Of a DNA stretch of 64,000 bases, positions 60,875 through 64,000 are shown piece by piece. The stretch spans positions 389,588 through 453,587 of the forward strand of contig NMRA01000271.1 of NCBI GenBank assembly GCA_002633005.1, written 5' to 3'. This DNA is from Phoronis australis (Eukaryota > Animalia > Phoronida). How positions within the stretch are numbered: position 1 is the first letter of the stretch; every line of letters starts with the position of its first letter. The notes beneath the pieces were generated by a model that did no database searches, was not told the origin of the DNA, and saw nothing but the letters and a program-made list of their open reading frames with translations. The translations under genes and the position numbers were made by a program.

Positions 60875-62359
60875 AGGAGAATGCCACCCGATTTAATTAG
60901 TTTTTTTTTGCCGTCTTAATCGGTCTATATCCACATCGCCTTGCATACGGTCGACCTTACCTTGCCGAGAGGTGTCGCGTTATCCTGTGAGGAAGGTGAG
61001 AAACGACGAAGCGACGTCAGTGGTTCATATGCAGAGTTCCGCTATGTTGCGGTGTACCGTTCCCGCTTGTCCAAACTATGCAGCTGCGAGGAAAAGGGTA
61101 TATCGTTTTTCGACTTCCTCAAAAGTCCGAAAGGTTTAGGAAGTGGCTCGCGGTAGTGCCGAGTACGCTGTAAATAGCAAGTATGAGGCCGTGAAACATC
61201 TCCGTGTCTGTGGCCTAGGTGCAGTCGTCGCGGACGGTGTTGACGTTTATTAGCGTTCTGTTTCAAAATGAATTATTCTCACCCTTATACCAATACTTAT
61301 ATGAAACTGAAACCAATTCTGTCTCATTAGATACAATTTGGAATGCCTTTGGAGTGTTCGTGAATGCAAATGATTTGAGAGGCCAGCAATTAATGAATAA
61401 ATCACTGCGTTAACGGCTTCACTGTGTAATAAAACTAATTGACGGGACACCGGCCAAGACCGTGCCGAGCTCATGCTAATTCAGTTTTTGCTGACAGATA
61501 CTGTTGTGAAACAACTCGATTTTTATATCACGGCCAAGTGTTAGGGGAATCTTTATTTACATTTACACTGATAATGATTGTTAATGTAAAACTTCTGCCG
61601 TGACGATTCTGTGGCCAAAGCGGAACCTGACTTCAGTTCGCGGCCCCCGACGAGTGAGTAGATTCGCAGTTTCGTGGCTAATTCACCAACATAATCACGT
61701 GCACTTTACTTCTTTGGCTCACTAGTATTTCTTGACTGGAAGTTTAGTTTCCAACTTTGGATGGTTTATGTCCGTGATGTCTGACTGATCGGCTTCCGAG
61801 CCACGACGGGCCGGGATAACGACTCGAGTCAGTGCCGCCGCCGCGACGGGCCTGATCGGGCTCCGAGCCACTGGCCAGGATAACAATCGTTTTGTGTGTT
61901 TAGAACTCAAAAAATAACAAGTCTAAACAACACAGATCTCAGTTCCCGTGTCTGTATCTCACGGAAAAATACTTAGAACTCCTGCTACGGACCTTAGCCT
62001 CATGCCGAACTTTCAGTTGTAGGCCACGGTGTGTCCAAAGACAAATAAATCCGTAACAGCGATATAAAGCAACTTGTTTTTATAAGAACTCGGTGTATTT
62101 TTAAGGGTTTTACATCGAATTTTGGCGATTTATTGGTGTTAAACGATTAATTCAAGCAATAAGCTGACACCAGTAGCCCGTGTTGTGAACTGCTGAACAG
62201 ACTGCGTGTCAGGAAACCCGGAATATACGCCATTGGATAATTTCAACACCTCCGTCTGCCGTCAGGTGTGAGGTAACGCAACCGTACGTGCCCTTATAGA
62301 GTAGACCTACTCGATCTAAATTGGTACAAATTAGGTTGTTTTTTGGGTGGCATGCTCCT
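60875..62359 (+). mobile_element. Kolobok non-autonomous element with a decayed THAP domain
   Basis: TIR AGGAGAATGCCACCC / GGGTGGCATGCTCCT with CTAA/TTAA flanks; empty site GCTTAAAGACTGTTC in the neighbouring satellite unit (~62714). 61044-61165 reads MLRCTVPACPN...GISFF/RLPQKSERFRKWL across frameshifts. Confidence 0.8.
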
Positions 62360-62872
62360 TTAAAGATTGTTCATATACTTTTGGATAGTTGTCAAACGAA
62401 CGCAAAATAAAAATATAGAAACAGATGAGTGTAATAGATACACTGTGTAATTTGAGGGTGCACAATGTATCAAATACACTCATCTGTTTGAAATATTTTT
62501 TAACTTAAAAATGTTCCATGTGATGATTTCCCGAAACTATTCCGTGGAACTTTAATCTTTGGTGACTGGATAACATTGTTTGCAGCAAAACAGTTCATCT
62601 ACTGTTACATTCATAACGTTGGTCCCGATTTTGAGTATTTTTATTATAAAAATTGTGAAAATCTATTTAGAGCATCCCTAACAATCTTACTCAAACTTGC
62701 ACAATCGGAGTATGCTTAAAGACTGTTCATTTATAACATTTGGGCAGTTGTCAGGCGAACGAAAAAAATATAGAAACAAATCAGCGTAATTGATGCACTG
62801 TGGAATTTGAGGGTGCACACTGAACCAAGTTTACTCACCCGCTTGTATATTTTTTAACTTAAAAATGTTCCA

Positions 62873-63094
62873 GTGCCCTAGTCACGTAAGCTGCAGCGCC
62901 GAGTAAGTGGGACGGGCCAAGCTGCCGAAGGCAGTGGATGCCCTAGTCCCGTAAACTGCAGATAGCCGAGTAGGCGGGGCGGGCCAAGCTGCCGGAGGCA
63001 CCGCGTGCCCTAGCTAGTCCCGTAAGCTGCAGAGCCGAGTAGGCGTGACGGGCCAAGCTGTAGGAGGCAGCGCGTGCCCTAATCCCGTAAGCTG
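62873..63094 (+). repeat. GC-rich ~65-bp tandem array (3.3 units) with Helitron-terminus-like structure
   Basis: Units 62882-62946, 62947-63013 and 63018-63082 each start TC and end with a hairpin followed by CTAG/CTAA. Confidence 0.75.
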
Positions 63095-63825
63095 TTTTGA
63101 AATGTTTTTTAACTTAAAAATGTTCCATGTGATGTTTTCCTGAAATTATTCCATGGAACTTTAATCTTTGGTGACTAGATAACATTGTGTGCATCAAAAC
63201 AGTTCATCTATTGTTACATTCATGACATTGGTCCCAATTTTGAGTAGGTCCTATTTTTATAATACAAGTTGTGAAAATCTATTTATAGCACCCTTAATAA
63301 ACTCAAACTTGCACAATCGGGGTAGCTTAAAAATGTTCCTATACAACCTTTGGATAGTTGTCAAGCAAACGCAAAATAAATATATAGATACCAATGAGTG
63401 TAATTGATACACTGTATAATTTGAGGGTGCACGCTTTTTCAAGTTTACTTATCTGTTAGAAACATATTTTTTAATTTAAAAATTTCCATGTGATGTTCCC
63501 TCATATTATTCCATGGAACTTTAATCTTAGTGACTGGATAACATTGTTTGCAGCAAAGCAGTTCGTCAATTTTTCTTGAAAGTCACTATTACTATTAGGC
63601 CTACTCCTTACTTATCCCTAGCATGATTGTCATGGAAAACTATTTTGAAAAAATGAAACATAAAGTTGGCATTAATTACAGAGTAGATGTACCTGCTTGG
63701 CACATTCAATTCGTCTGAACTGTGAAGTAACATTTTCTGTGTTCTGTAGTTAACACTTTTTCTATTCTAGAGCTTTTATTCATCAATTTTTAGTATAATC
63801 ATTATGACGATTTTCGATACAAGGG

Positions 63826-64000
63826 CAAAATGGGTGCACCTTATGCCATGAGAATGTCGAAATGAGAGCACGCCATAAGAATGAGCACATTATATTATCT
63901 CAGGGAGAATGTAAAAATGGTAGCACCTTATGCTACGAGAATGTTAAAATGAGTGCACCTTATGTATAAGAGTGTCAAAATGGGAGCACTTTACTTGTCA
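63826..64000. repeat. ~32-bp degenerate minisatellite running off the window end
   Basis: AAAATGGGTGCACCTTATGC...GAGAATGT recurs about 5 times. Confidence 0.7.

Larger units (their letters stand above)
60560..63578. repeat. ~360-bp tandem satellite, about 4 units, interrupted by a Kolobok element and a GC-rich array
   Basis: Recurring blocks AAAAATTGTGAAAATCTA, CAAACTTGCACAATCG, TTTGAGGGTGCAC, TTTTAACTTAAAAATGTTCC. Confidence 0.8.

Noticed and set aside
60961-61266. Upstream exon of the LicD gene (minus-strand donor at 60960)
   Set aside because: Lies inside the Kolobok element; no LicD similarity

Overview
AT-rich, repeat-dense eukaryotic genomic DNA, probably a draft assembly of a heterozygous invertebrate (species not identifiable). 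There are two N gaps (15518-16171, 58193-59127) and two single-N joints (2608, 44750). Two conserved intron-rich genes lie head-to-head: PIK3R4/VPS15 (- strand, first three coding exons at 30658-23059) and ABCF3 (+ strand, 17 coding exons read by eye, 32350-53907; one conserved segment is missing at the 44750 joint). The last coding exon of a LicD/fukutin-family gene lies at about 58171-57662 (-). The rest is transposon-derived: a decayed DIRS element, two 3' ends of an RNase-H LINE, a Mag-type Gypsy fragment, a solo LTR, L1/Tx1 and Penelope fragments, Sola1-, Kolobok-, hAT-, Harbinger- and pogo-like non-autonomous elements, tRNA SINEs and satellites. The most unusual items are a 12x45-bp minisatellite built from an ABCF3 exon end plus its splice donor, a ~160-bp LTR-like insert carrying a tRNA-like Pol III cassette, a tandem array of ~65-bp Helitron-end-like units, and a LINE that ends in poly(T). 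All calls were made by eye without database searches.
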